This document shows, one piece after another, positions 13,979 to 24,930 of a DNA stretch of 64,000 bases. This DNA is from Anthoceros angustus (lineage: Eukaryota > Plantae > Anthocerotophyta): assembly GCA_010909165.1 (NCBI GenBank), contig VJWM01000173.1:248001-312000 (forward strand). Direction: 5' to 3'. How positions within the stretch are numbered: position 1 is the first letter of the stretch; every line of letters begins with the position of its first letter. The notes under the pieces were generated by a model, which was not told where the DNA came from, ran no database searches, and saw only the letters and a program-made list of their open reading frames with translations. The translations under genes and the position numbers were made by a program.

Positions 13979-14680
13979 TGGAGACTTTATAAAGAAGCGG
14001 AGATAGGAAGACCCATCTACCCTAAGCCGATGGGGAACAACCCACAAGAGGGTCGAAGGCCAAGAGGGCTAGCTCCCACGAATGTCGAACCTGTAACTAC
14101 CTACCGCTCCAAGAATGTCGTGATCTGAGATATGCAATGCAAGAGTGTTGTGAGAAGACCACAGCTATGACTCCGAGAGCGACGTGTGAGGAATTTGCGT
14201 ATTGTTATCGTGGGGAGAGTTTGTTTGTGCCACAACATGCGAGCTACTCTCTCCTATTGTTATTGGTTTGCACCTATATTTGCATATTAGATTTGTTTTG
14301 CTTGGTTGTTTGTTGATGAAGTGCTTATATGAATGCAAGTGCTTATCTCGTGCGATATGTCTCTTGCACTCGTTGTCGTCCTGTTAATAGCATTGGTTAA
14401 CGCCCTCTCCAGGGCGATGCACACCCGCTGTCGAAAGAAAGCGACCCCAGAGGAAAGGGGGAGAGCTACCCCGCTCCTGTGACCGTGGTAGGCTTTAGCA
14501 CAATCATTTATGAGCCTTGAGAAATCCTTGCCCATGGCCCTATGAGTCTCGATAGTAAGGGGGGATGAAGGCATGGCCTTGCTACATAGGTATGTAATGT
14601 GTACTTTTGCCTGTCGCCCATTTCTCCGCCGCCCAACCCGGAAGGTTGATGATGACATGCTCACAAATGGTGTCTCGAGT
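13979..14680 (-). mobile_element. Degenerate 3' part of a CRE-like (RLE-endonuclease) non-LTR retrotransposon
   Basis: Peptide PLTIETHRAMGKDFSRLINDCAKAYH...FFRQRVCIALERALTNAI is the C-terminal part of an RLE domain. DNA similarity to 61300-61340 and 62400-62793. 3' end ATAAAGTCTCCA. Confidence 0.75.
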
Positions 14681-15861
14681 GCATTATTCTCCTAGTTACT
14701 TTTTATATTTTGATATATATTTATTATTTAAATTTTATTATTTATATTATATATTTTTAACTAATGAAGTGGTGAAGACAGTTGTTCATCATATTCATCC
14801 ATTCCTACCCTTGCCAACCCTCTCTCTTTCTCATTTAGTCTTTGGGACATGTCTTTTTCATTTAGTTTTTGGGGTGAACAAAAATAGTCTTTGGGAAGAT
14901 CAGAAATTAATATGCATAGAGTTCTTAACAACATGAAGTTCTTAAGAATTTCATCGTTAAACATCCTTCCTTTGACTTGATAAAAATTAGAATAGGTTGC
15001 CTCATAAAGCTATGGTATAAGGAGTTTTCCAAAGCTTGAGGACTTGCTAGTAGTTTTGGTATCTCACAAAAAGCTAATTGTAAGCACAATATACCAAAAG
15101 TAGGGCACAACCTCAGTTTCGCTGTTTGTATGTAGTTCATGCCAAGAGTAGGGCTTGAACCTCAATTTGTGTAATTGTATGCACTTCCTACCAAAAGAGC
15201 AAGGCACAAATCATAGTTTCATCTAGTAAGACTGAAATTGAGATTTTTGGAGAAAAAAATTAAGGTGAGCCAAATTTACTATATCACTTTCCTACTATAA
15301 ATATTCAAGTAGTACCAAATTGAGGATAGGGAGGATATGGAAGATTGAAGGCTCTTAGGCGATGTCCACTAGTATTATGAATATTGATGCAATAACTCAT
15401 TTTAGATTGGGAGAGGATATTGAAGATGAAGGCTTAAAAATATGGCTTGCTTACATCATGTCGAAATGCCAAACATAAAGAGCATATTAAAGACAAAGGC
15501 AAGATATTGAAGATGAAGAATAGAAAATATGGCTTGCTTATAATTTGTCAAAATACCAAACATGAAGATGCTATTGAAGACAAAGGCTCATGAGCTTACT
15601 TTGGTCATGGCGTTGTGTGATAGGTTTCTTCAGAGGGTTTTTTACTCCATTTGAGTTTTTCTCTAAGTAATGCCACTCGCAAATTTTTTTTCGTGTCAAT
15701 GCTCACAATTTTTTCTCTCTTCACGCCACATGGAGACGAGAGAATTCCAGGCTCAGTGTTAAAAGTAATATGATAAGAGAGCATATCGCAAGTAATAATG
15801 TTCTGAGCATTTTTCTGTTGTAATGTTTTTCTCGGATCCCAAATTAATATATTATTGTAAT

Positions 15862-16177
15862 AACTTGCTTTCTATATATGATGTCTCAAGAGGTGACTTG
15901 AGAAGTACTAAAAGAATAAGAACTTGTTTTCTGTATATGATGTCTAAAGATGTGACTTATGAACTATTCTAGTAATATGAACTTGTTTACTACATATGTT
16001 ATTCAAAAAGGTGACTTCAGAACTACTATATGTAGTAATAGGAACTTGGTTTCTACGTATAATGTCTCAATATGTGACTTAAAACTAGTGTAATAATACG
16101 AAGGTGCTTTCTATATATGATGTTTAAAGAGTGACTTAGGAACTACCAACTACATACATAGGAACTTGGTTCCCTAC
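15862..16177. repeat. Degenerate AT-rich tandem repeat, ~59-bp unit, ~5 copies
   Basis: AACTTG(C/T/G)TTTCTA.ATATGATGTCT.AA.A.GTGACTT recurs at ~15862, 15921, 15980, 16043, 16101. Confidence 0.85.
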
Positions 16178-16399
16178 AAAGGGGCCTAGAGAAGGTGTAT
16201 GTATGTCATTGTGAGCACTGGTCAAACCTTCATCCGGTTAGTAGGGGTCATTTTTATGATGTCTTCTATTAGATACTGGATAGAAGATCTGGGTTATTAA
16301 CTTCAAATTTAACGTTAAGTCCTAACTAGGTAGGTACAGTGCCTAGCATAGGTGATGTTATGGCGTTTGAAGCCCCGGAGTTTCCAGAAAAGGCCGAGG

Positions 16400-16432
16400 A
16401 GCCCTAACCCTAATTCAGCGTTTCCTATAAAG
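16400..16432 (+). promoter_or_regulatory. Putative promoter of the snoRNA polycistron (telo-box-like CCCTAACCCTAA plus TATA box)
   Basis: CCCTAACCCTAA at ~16402-16413 followed by CTATAAA at ~16425-16431, upstream of the snoRNA cluster. Telo-box plus TATA is the known architecture of plant snoRNA and ribosome-biogenesis promoters. Confidence 0.5.
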
Positions 16433-16548
16433 GTTGGTGTCCCAGCCTTTCAAAGTATTGTCGAGATTGTTTTTGCGAGGTTCTCGTTTGCGGATCTATG
16501 CTCTGTCCAGGTTGTGAAGTAGGGTTGCTGTGCGAGAAGGGCATGTAG

Positions 16549-16644
16549 CGGATGATCCGTGATCCTGCTTGGTTGGTCACCACGTCTGATGGCGACGGAT
16601 GCGACGGTGGCCCTGCCCTGTTCTCTCTGAGAGCCTTAGCCTGA
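16549..16644 (+). ncRNA. Candidate box C/D snoRNA (target unknown)
   Basis: C-like CGGATGA at 16549, internal CTGA and GGATG, terminal CTGA at 16627 or 16641; first position in the cluster. Confidence 0.3.
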
Positions 16645-16855
16645 TGTCACTGCTGTGAGGCTATGAGCGGATGAGGCTTCGCAGTTTGCCCGCGTGCCCA
16701 GGCATGTCGCTTCTTGGCAGATGGATGACGTTGGCCTGTAACCCTAACCCTAGCCCGCCAGAGGCGTGGTGCAGCCTGCTCTTTGCCGGCCTGCTGTGAC
16801 CGCAGGCGATTGGTATGGATCTCTGGCGGTAGTTGGAAGAGTCGTGCTTGTATGC

Positions 16856-16920
16856 GTGATGTAAGGTCGTTTCGGTTTGTGGCTGAATGCCGCCTGTGGT
16901 ATCTAGTGACCACGAGCTGA
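16856..16920 (+). ncRNA. Candidate box C/D snoRNA (target unknown)
   Basis: C-like GTGATGT at 16856, D' CTGA, D CTGA at 16917-16920; lies within the cluster. Confidence 0.4.
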
Positions 16921-17085
16921 TTGCTATGACTGGCCACCTCGTAAACAGGCAGAGAGCATGTGGCGGCTGCGACGCAGACTGGGTCTGTTCGCCCTTTTTG
17001 TTACTTTTTGTGCTGCTAACATATCCGTGGATCAGGTCAGTCATCGTGATTGCGGTTGAGTGGTAGCAGTTCTGTTTCCTGGTGC

Positions 17086-17204
17086 GGCCAGTGATGAAAC
17101 CAAATCGAGCGTTAGTTGTGGTGCTGCTTGAGACTTTGCTTTGCAAAGAGAACCTACTCGGCTTACCACTACATTTCTGTGACGCATACTCCTCTCCTGA
17201 GGTC
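17086..17204 (+). ncRNA. Box C/D snoRNA, possible 18S rRNA guide
   Basis: Perfect C box GTGATGA at 17091, D box CTGA at 17197-17200, terminal stem GGCC/GGTC. The D-proximal CATACTCCTCTC can pair (with G-U) with conserved 18[13 protein letters not shown]. Confidence 0.6.
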
Positions 17205-17261
17205 TCAGGATACAGTCTTGTTAGTAGGTTGTTTGCCTTTCCAGTGCTGTGTCGTGCTGAG

Positions 17262-17345
17262 GAAAGGGATGACATACTGTCGCCCCAGTCCTAAAGCTGT
17301 CTCGACAGCTGTTGTGGACTCGACGATATTCGTACTGTCTGATTC
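17262..17345 (+). ncRNA. Double-guide box C/D snoRNA for 25S rRNA (snR67/U31-like)
   Basis: C box GGGATGA at 17266, D box CTGA at 17339-17342. D' guide TGTCGCCCCAG is antisense to 25S CUGGGGCGGCA; D guide TATTCGTACTG is antisense to 25S CAGUACGAAUA. Confidence 0.8.
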
Positions 17346-17485
17346 AAAAGCCTTTCTGTTGGGCCATTAGGGCTCGGTCGCGGCGGGTCTTGGTGTCTGT
17401 TCTGATGGTGTCGATTAGGGTTTTGGTGTTCGGCTTTCGTTTCTGCCGGGTATTTAGGGACTGGTTGCAGGGTGTGTTCGGTGGT

Positions 17486-17605
17486 GGTCGGTGATGATAA
17501 ACCTAAGGCTTGTTTCTCATAACATTCGCAGTTGCCGACCGAGAGTTTTCGCCCCGCCAGGCTTGAGAACTGATGCGGTCAAAACTTCCTTGGATATCTG
17601 AGACC
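17486..17605 (+). ncRNA. U14: U14 box C/D snoRNA, copy 1
   Basis: C box GTGATGA at 17491; 18S-complementary ACATTCGCAGT and CTTCCTTGGATAT; plant Y-domain AAGGCTTGTTTCTC...GCCAGGCTTGAGA; D box CTGA at 17598; terminal stem GGTC/GACC. Confidence 0.93.
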
Positions 17606-17680
17606 AGTCTCGAACACCTTAGTTGTCTGTCAGAGGTTGTAGCATTTCCTGCTCTGCAGGAAGTGTGATGCGGGTCTCAA

Positions 17681-17803
17681 GTCTCCGGTGATGATAAACC
17701 TAAGGCTTGTTTCTCATAACATTCGCAGTTGCCGACCGAGAGTTTTCGCCCTGCCAGGCTTGAGAACTGATGCGGCAAAACTTCTTTGGATATCTGAGGA
17801 GAC
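17681..17803 (+). ncRNA. U14: U14 box C/D snoRNA, copy 2
   Basis: Near-identical to copy 1. C box at 17688, D box at 17794-17797, 6-bp terminal stem GTCTCC/GGAGAC. Confidence 0.93.
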
Positions 17804-17926
17804 GAGGTATACGTAGGTTGTCTAGCTTTTGAATGACATGAAGTGTGCGGGTAGTGGTTGAGAGTCAGGGTGGCGTGGTAGTGTCTGTGGGCGGAGGACG
17901 CCGTGGTGCGGGCAGTGTGGAGAAGG

Positions 17927-18014
17927 GGGGGAAGTGATGCTACCAGCTTTCCGAAACGCATGGTAACATGCTTGCGGACACAACGATAATGATTTGCACG
18001 TCAGTCTGATCCCC
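17927..18014 (+). ncRNA. Box C/D snoRNA guiding 25S Am in CUGACGUGCAAAUC (snR72/snoR72Y-like)
   Basis: C-like GTGATGC at 17934, D box CTGA at 18006, terminal stem GGGGA/TCCCC. The 14-nt guide GATTTGCACGTCAG is perfectly antisense to conserved 25S CUGACGUGCAAAUC; the D+5 rule gives the A. Confidence 0.8.
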
Positions 18015-18599
18015 ATCCTCCTCCCACGTTGCAGCCAGCGCCGTTGTTCCCGCCCTGTCCAGTCCATGAGAGGCAAGGCAACGTGATCCGGCAGTGGGCC
18101 TGGGAAGAGGCGAGCAGGTAGATGACGACATCCTTGCTCCATGTCCAGGATACAAAACAATCCCCCACGGCTCTCTCTCCCACCCACCTGCATCCTCCAT
18201 GCGCGGAGCGCCACACACACACACACACATAAAGGAAGGAGGACGGTGTCCTTGGTACTGGACGCAAGGCACAGCTTCTTGGCTGTGCCAAGGACGCGGG
18301 GCCATTGAAGGCCGGTCGTGAATGCATGAAGGAAGCATCGACGATGATCCGGATATCTCACAATTGCAGGTGGCTAACTGAACGTGCGAAGTAATTAAGT
18401 TAGGCAAAGCGGAATGAAAGCAAGAGCGTGTGTGAAGGTGAAATGTCCGTTGAGCGAGACCGTTGTTGGTGAGAGGGGCCCGCGGGCGTAAAAAAAGCGG
18501 CAAGGGCCGGGCCCAAGGGCGCACGCGCAAGGCGGTGAGTCGGACAATATCTGGGCGCAGCGGGTCCAAAGGCGTCTCTTTCCATGGACATGGACAGTG

Positions 18600-21500
18600 A
18601 CGCAGCCGGGGCCCGGGCGGGGCGGGGCGGGCCGGGGCGGGCCGGGTGGAGCGAGGCCGGTGAGGCCGGCCATCCATGTAGTGTACATATACGGGTGGCG
18701 GGGCCCACCAGCGGTGCTGGCTCTGGCTCTGGCTCTGGCTCTGGGGGTTCTGGCTCTGGCTCTGGCTCTGGCTCTGGCTCGCACGCCCAGCAGTGCAGTG
18801 ATGTGAGGATCACAAGGCGAAGCCACAGTCGCTTTGCACATCGTCCGGTCGCATTGTCACACCCAAGAGCGGCAGTTGGCAGTGCGCAGTGTGCAGTGTG
18901 GTGCAGTGTGGTGCAGTGGGCAGAGCAGGCGAGGATAATGCGCACTGTGACTTTCACAGAATGCCGGCCCGGAGCCCTGAGCTATGAGCCATGAGGCGTG
19001 AGTCTGTGGCAGGGGCAGGGGCAGGGCAGCCAGTCACCCCGTCCACGAGCCCACTTCCTCGTCATGTCCCCCCCATGGCCAGCCCAGCCGTCCGATCCAG
19101 CGATTCCAGTCCCAGTTCCAGCTTGCAGGAGGCGAGCGAGGAAGCGAGGCGGGAAGGACGCGGGAAAGAGAGCAAAGGGCTCCGGGGTCCGCTGCGATCG
19201 GGTCGAGGTGGCGGGGCCACTTGTACTCGCCACCCGTGCGACATGTGGCTGTGCGTTGGGTGACTAGTTGCCAGCCGGGCCCCAGCCCAGCTGCCCTGCT
19301 GGGGCAGTGCAGTGCAGTGCAGTGCAAGGCAGGCCCTCATTCCGAGGCCGCGGCAGCTGCAGCAATTGAAGGAGGCCGCATGCGATGGAGTTTCCAGTAT
19401 CCAAATACCGAGCCCGGGCCCGGTCCCGGTCCCGCTCCCGCTCCCGCTCCCGGCCCCGCTCCCGGCATGTCATGTCCCGGCCGGGTTTGCGGGCTGTGGG
19501 AGGAGCAATGAGTGCACGGCAGCAGGGCAGAAGTCGGCAGACTCCCCCTCGCTCGCTTGCTGGCTTCGCTTTCTTTGCAGTGCTTGCCTGCACAGCGTTG
19601 CATCGCATCGCATCGCATTGCATTGCACTGCATTGCACGTCGTAGTGTATCTGGACTTGGAGATATGGCCGGTAGTGCAGATATGTGGAATAATAAAGAA
19701 AAGAAAAGGGGCATTTCGCCGGGGCCGGGGCCGGGCCCGGGCCCGGGCCCGGGCCCGGGACCCGCCGTGAAAGATGGCCGGGGATTGCTTTTGCTTTTGC
19801 GTTTGCTTTTGCTTCTCCTTCTGCTTCCGCTTCTGGTTCAGCTTCCGCTTCTGCTTCTTGCGGTAACGTGCCTCTTCCGGATCCCGACTCCCGACTCCCG
19901 ATTGTAAGTGAAGGCGTAGGGCGAGGTACGTTGATGGCGCTATGGCTATGGCTGGGCGCTGGGCTGGGCCCCCGAGAAAAGCGAAGGTGTGCATGGGGAA
20001 GCCCGGCCCGGCCGCCCCACCCGCTCCCGCCCACGCTCCGCCACGGGATTCCGTTTCCGTCGTCGGCCACGGCGCCACGAACAAGGTGCCAACAGGCAAA
20101 GGGCGGGCCGCGTGAAATGGGGAAAGAAGGAAAGAATCGAGATTCTCCGAATCTGGCTGCGACTGGGCCTGGGCCTGGGCCTGGGCCTGGGCCTGCGCCT
20201 TTGTCTGCGCTGCGGCCAGGAGGGCGTAGGCGACACGTCGGGGGTGCGGGGTGCGCATGCACACAACACAGCACAGCACAGCACAGCACAGCACAGTGCG
20301 GCACACGAAATGGAGAAGCCAGGGGCGAACGGCCCGCGCCTACAGCACAGCGAGGCGAGGCGAGGCGAGAAAGAGTCCGTTGCTGCCTGGCCTTGGTGGG
20401 CGACGCAGATGCGCAGATGCGCAGATGCGCAGATGGGGGGCCGAGCCAGCAAGCCAGCTTTCAGCTTTTGGCATGGCATGTGACGCCATCATCATGCGAT
20501 TGGGAGGCGGGGAAGGCCAAGGGGAAGGGGAGGAGGAGGGCAAGAGGAAGGGGAATGGGAATGGGGGGCCCGGCTCTGGCACATGGCGCTGATCGTGAAG
20601 CCATTGTGCGGGCTCCAATCGCATGGCAGCAGGCAGCTTCTCGCTTTCGCCTGCATCGCCTTTCCGTGCTCCTCTCCTCTCCTCTCCCAGAGTGGGATTC
20701 CAAATTCCGGAGCGGAGCGCGGAGGTCAGCAGCAATCACATGTGCTGCTGCCGCTGCCCTTGCCCCTGCCCCCCCCCTTTTTTTTTTTAACTTTCCGCCC
20801 GCCCCAAAAGTTAAAGCTCAACGGATCTGGGGATCTTGGACAGTGCAGCCAGCCTCCCGGCCACCGGCCTTGGTCTGGTCATCGCCCAACTTGGACTCTT
20901 GGACTTGGACCCGCGTCTCCCGCTTCCCCCCGCTTCGCTTCGCTTCGCTTCGTGCGCCTTCTAATCCTTTCGTCGTCATTAATGAAAACATGTGCCGGTG
21001 CCCCGAGTGGGCCGTGTCTCCCCTAAATATGTAACCCTTCACCCCACCATGTACACACACATTACGTGAACATACCCCCAGCTCTTACCGCTCTATCGAT
21101 TACTCTTGTCGCTTTTCTACCACAATAAAGTGTAAAGTAGGAGGGGTGGTTCGAGTGCGTCCCAGGCGGTAGTGCGGGGTCCGGGGAGAAGCAGATGCGG
21201 ATGATGCCAGCAGCAGAGGGCCATGCCAGACACCGGGCTTTGCTGGGCTTTGCTGGCCTGTGGAGTCTGGCCGGGCCTGCCATGGCCGCGAAGGAGGCAA
21301 TTATTGCGTGAATCGAGATGGTGCAACTGCAACGCCAAGTAATGTACAGGCTGAGGCCAGGGGCCAGGGGCCAGGGGCAAGGGGCCAGGGGCCAGGGGCC
21401 AGGCCAGGGGCCAGGAGCCAGGAGCCAGAGGCCAGGAGGCAGAGGCCAGAGTCCGCGTCGTCTGCTCGAAACTCTACCCTCTACCCTCTGCACTCTGCAC

Positions 21501-24500
21501 TGCACACTAGCAGCTAGTACTGCACCCCAGCGGCAGCAGCGCTGCTGCGGTGCCAGAAATAGCCGAATAAAAAGGGCAGCGCATGATGGGAATCGGATGG
21601 GGAGGGATCTGGAATCGAGGAGCGTGATGCAGCGACTCTGCCACTGCCACTGCCACTACTGCCACTGCACTCCCATCACCACACTCTTGTGTAATGTGCG
21701 CACTGCAGACTGCAGACTGCAGACTGGTGTCTGCAGGGCAAGTGCACTGCCTCGCACTGCAAAGCAGTTTTGCAGTGCGAGCAGGCCCAGCACCAAACAA
21801 CAATTGCATGGATGTTGCGGCCCATGAATTGCATTCGGATAAGCCACCCAACAGTCAACAGTGGCCAGCCCACGGCAACGGACGGAACCCCACATCGCCA
21901 CACCCACATCAGCATTAGCATCAACATCAGCATCAGCATCACAAAAGAAAAGAAAAGATATGACGCCAAGCCGGACAAGACGAACGCAACACCTTCCTCG
22001 CCTCGCCTTTCCCGAACTTGCTTCCACTGGTCAAAATTAGCGAGCGCCAAGACCTTCTCTGCTCCGCCCTGCTCTGCTCCCGGACCCCGCCTCCGGCAAT
22101 GGACGCGGGACCCGGGACCCGGGACCCGGGACCTGGGCCTGCCACCCCTGCACCTCCCCCTTTTTCCTTTCTCCTGTCGTGACTCGCGCTTTGCCCCTTC
22201 CCTCGGCCTGTCGTTGCCCTTGACTCGTGCGCAGGCCAGGCCAGGCCAGCCCAGCCCAGCCCAGCCCAGCCCAGGCCCCACCAACCGCTTCCGCTACCGG
22301 GAGCCCGGGACCCGGGCATCCACATCCCCACATCTCCCCATCCGGCCCATCCCCAATCCAACCATCCCAATCCCAATGCAGGGCAAGGCTACTAAGGGAA
22401 CCCAAACCAAAGCAGTTACCATCCCTACTTACCCTTTCTCTTGCCGTGGCGTCAGGCGTCAGGCGTCATTAGTGCGCGACGCTAGCTAGTGCTCTGCTAG
22501 TGCACACCACTAACCTCTCACCTCACTGGTTGCTGGCTTATTGACCGCCGCCCACCGGAACCGGAACCTGAATCGCAACCGCAACCGCAACCGGAGCCGG
22601 AGCCGGAACCGGCACCGGCACCGGCCCCGGCCCCGGCTGCCCGGGCCCCGGCCCCCTGCCCGGGCCCCATCATTGATGCGACGCCACGGCCACCCCCACC
22701 ATCATTCACGCTTCACGACGCGCCGGTGAGTGAGAGGTGAGGTGAGAGCATTCAACACCGGCACGGTTGGTCAGAATTAGGGCGCCAGGCGGTGGTAGGT
22801 GCCACAGCCGGGCCCGGGCCCGGGCCCTGCTCCCTGCTGCGCTCTGCGCCAATTGCGTGGATACCCGGGTTGGGTGGGTGAACCGTGGGCCTGGGCCTGG
22901 CCCTGGCCCTGGCCAGCCCTGCTGCTGCTGCTGCTGCTGGCCTCAGGTCCTGACAACCGTGCCTCCCCCGCGCCATTCTTTGCCGACTTCGTTTTCCACC
23001 CCCCTCCTCCTTTTACTCCGCCGAGGCCGCGGTAAGAAGCTCGTGGCATCCATCTAACAACAACACCATCGTGCTTGCCGCGTACGATCCGGCCTGACCT
23101 GCTCCTCCTGCTCCTGCTCCTGCTGCACCTGTTCTCGCTCCCCGCCGCCTCCTCCCCTACGCCTCGGCTCCGGCGCCACCTAACTCCTCCTTCCCTCCTT
23201 CTTCATGTGTGCGCTAATCCAGCCAAATCAGCTAAACAAACTTAATTATAGGCCGGCGCTCCCCCCCCCGCGGCTTTTACTGCCTCTCTCTCTTCTCTCT
23301 CTCTCCTCTCAGTGACACCGCCACCTCCGACTGTTTTCCGCGGGCCCTGCAGCCCCCCCCTCCGGCCCAGGTCCAAGGTCAAGCCTACTACCCTGCCTGC
23401 TTGCGTGTGTGGCCGCCACCAGCACTGCAGAGAGGCGGGATTCGAACCCACGCCGCGCGCACGGCACGCGACCGGCTAACCAAAACGCCGCATGGTCACG
23501 CCCGGAACGGGACAGGCCGCCCCGCACCATTTACGCAATATTCCGCATTTGCTCACTTCCTCACATGTACACTCCACCTAGGTAATATCCCCTCCTTGAA
23601 CGGAGAGACGGGGACCGGGTATCCCAGCCAGCCGTGCGTAGACGGAGTCATAGGGTACACATACCTGGCTGCTGTAGGTTAATGTAGAAAAGGTTATCAT
23701 GCGCGCAGGAAAACATGACGCCACGATGCGAGGCGGGATTGGCAGGAGCATGCAGGCGCGCGATCCGCGGCTGGGCCCGGTCGCGGTTACCGCGACCTCC
23801 GCTCCGCTTCCGGTTCCTGTTCCTGTTCCACTTCCTCTTCTCTGTTCCTCTTCCGCGTTCCGCAAAGCGCCTGGTCGCTGGCCCGGCCGGGCGCGGCAAG
23901 TGGCAGACCAGCCGATCCGGCACGGAACACGGAAATGGGGGCGAATAAAAATAGCATTGCGCTGCATCCGCCAATAATTATTACAATAATAGTGCACTCT
24001 TCCACACAGCAGCAGCACGGCGGCAAGGCCAGGGCCAGCCAGGGGCCAAGGGCCAAGGCAGCGCGTCTCCACGCGACGCAACGCAACGCAACGCAACGCA
24101 ACGCAACGCATAGCAACGCAACGCAAAGCGACGTCGCGACGCAAAGCAAGGCAAGCCAGGCCGGGCCAAGCCGAGCCAGGCCAAGGCAAACAGAGTCTGG
24201 CCGTGGCCTGCCGCCTGCCAGGCAGGAGAGCTGCAGGCGAGATCACCAGGCGTGAGGCCAGGCCCGGTCACAACGGATTGCCTGATAGATCAAAGCCACC
24301 ACCTCCCGCTCTCGTCTCAGGGACGCGGAAGAAGGAAGCTCGCAGCCTCTGCCTCAATGCGCTCGCTGCCCCGTGCCAGGACAGCAACCGCGAACCATAA
24401 TCCTCTTCCTCCTCTTCTTCTCCTGCCTCCTCTTCCCGCGGCACCGGCCCTCCTCCGACGGCCTTGCCTTTCCTTGTGCTGCTCCCCTCATTCCTCCTCC

Positions 24501-24930
24501 TCGCCTCCCGCTGCCGCTGCCCCTGCCCCTGCCCCTGCCTCTGCCCCGCTCCCCTTCTTGGCCCCGGCGCACCGCCTTCTCCACCTCCTGCTGAGCCTTC
24601 TTTGCCGGCATCCTCGCGCGCTCAGGCCGGGGATCCGTTACGGGTTCCGAGTCAAGAAGACATGGCAGTGCAGGCGCAGTACCCCTCCAACGTGCTGCTC
24701 CCAGATCTGCGCACCAGGTGCGTCGCGGCTGCTCAATTCCGCCACCGGAATTGCTTCGTGCGGGGAATTGCTTCGTTGTGGCTTGCACGGTGCTTCTGTG
24801 TGGTGTGGTGTGGTGTAGTGTGCTGTGGCGTGGTGTGGCGTGGCGTGGCGTGGCGTAGTGTGGTGTGGTTTGGTGTGGTTTGGTGTGGTATGGTATGGTA
24901 TGGTGCGGCGTGGCGTGGCATGGCGTGGCG
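18600..24930. repeat. GC-rich region saturated with 5-7-bp microsatellites (upstream region and intron 1 of the BOI-like gene)
   Basis: (CTGGCT)n at 18716-18780, (GCAGT)n, (GCATC/GCATT)n, (GGGCCC)n, (TGGGCC)n at 20164-20193, (GCACA)n, (CCAGGGG)n at 21356-21410, (CCCAG)n, (GCAAC)n at 24078-24125, (GTGTG/GTGGC)n at 24797-24930. Confidence 0.85.

Noticed and set aside
15862-16177. Repeat with variable inter-unit sequence resembling a CRISPR array
   Set aside because: Eukaryotic context, degenerate repeats, mutually similar spacers and no cas genes: an ordinary minisatellite. The same applies to 5383-5534 and 34013-34232.
16661-17275. 204-aa minus-strand ORF
   Set aside because: Antisense to the snoRNA cluster; no protein features.
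23435-23455. B-box-like GGGTTCGAATCCC on the minus strand
   Set aside because: No A-box or cloverleaf around it, so not called as a tRNA.
18395-24818. Many long overlapping ORFs (up to 388 aa) in all six frames
   Set aside because: They translate microsatellites (PEPEPE, GPGPGP, ARARAR) in high-GC DNA depleted of stops, with no domain motifs or consistent splice structure.
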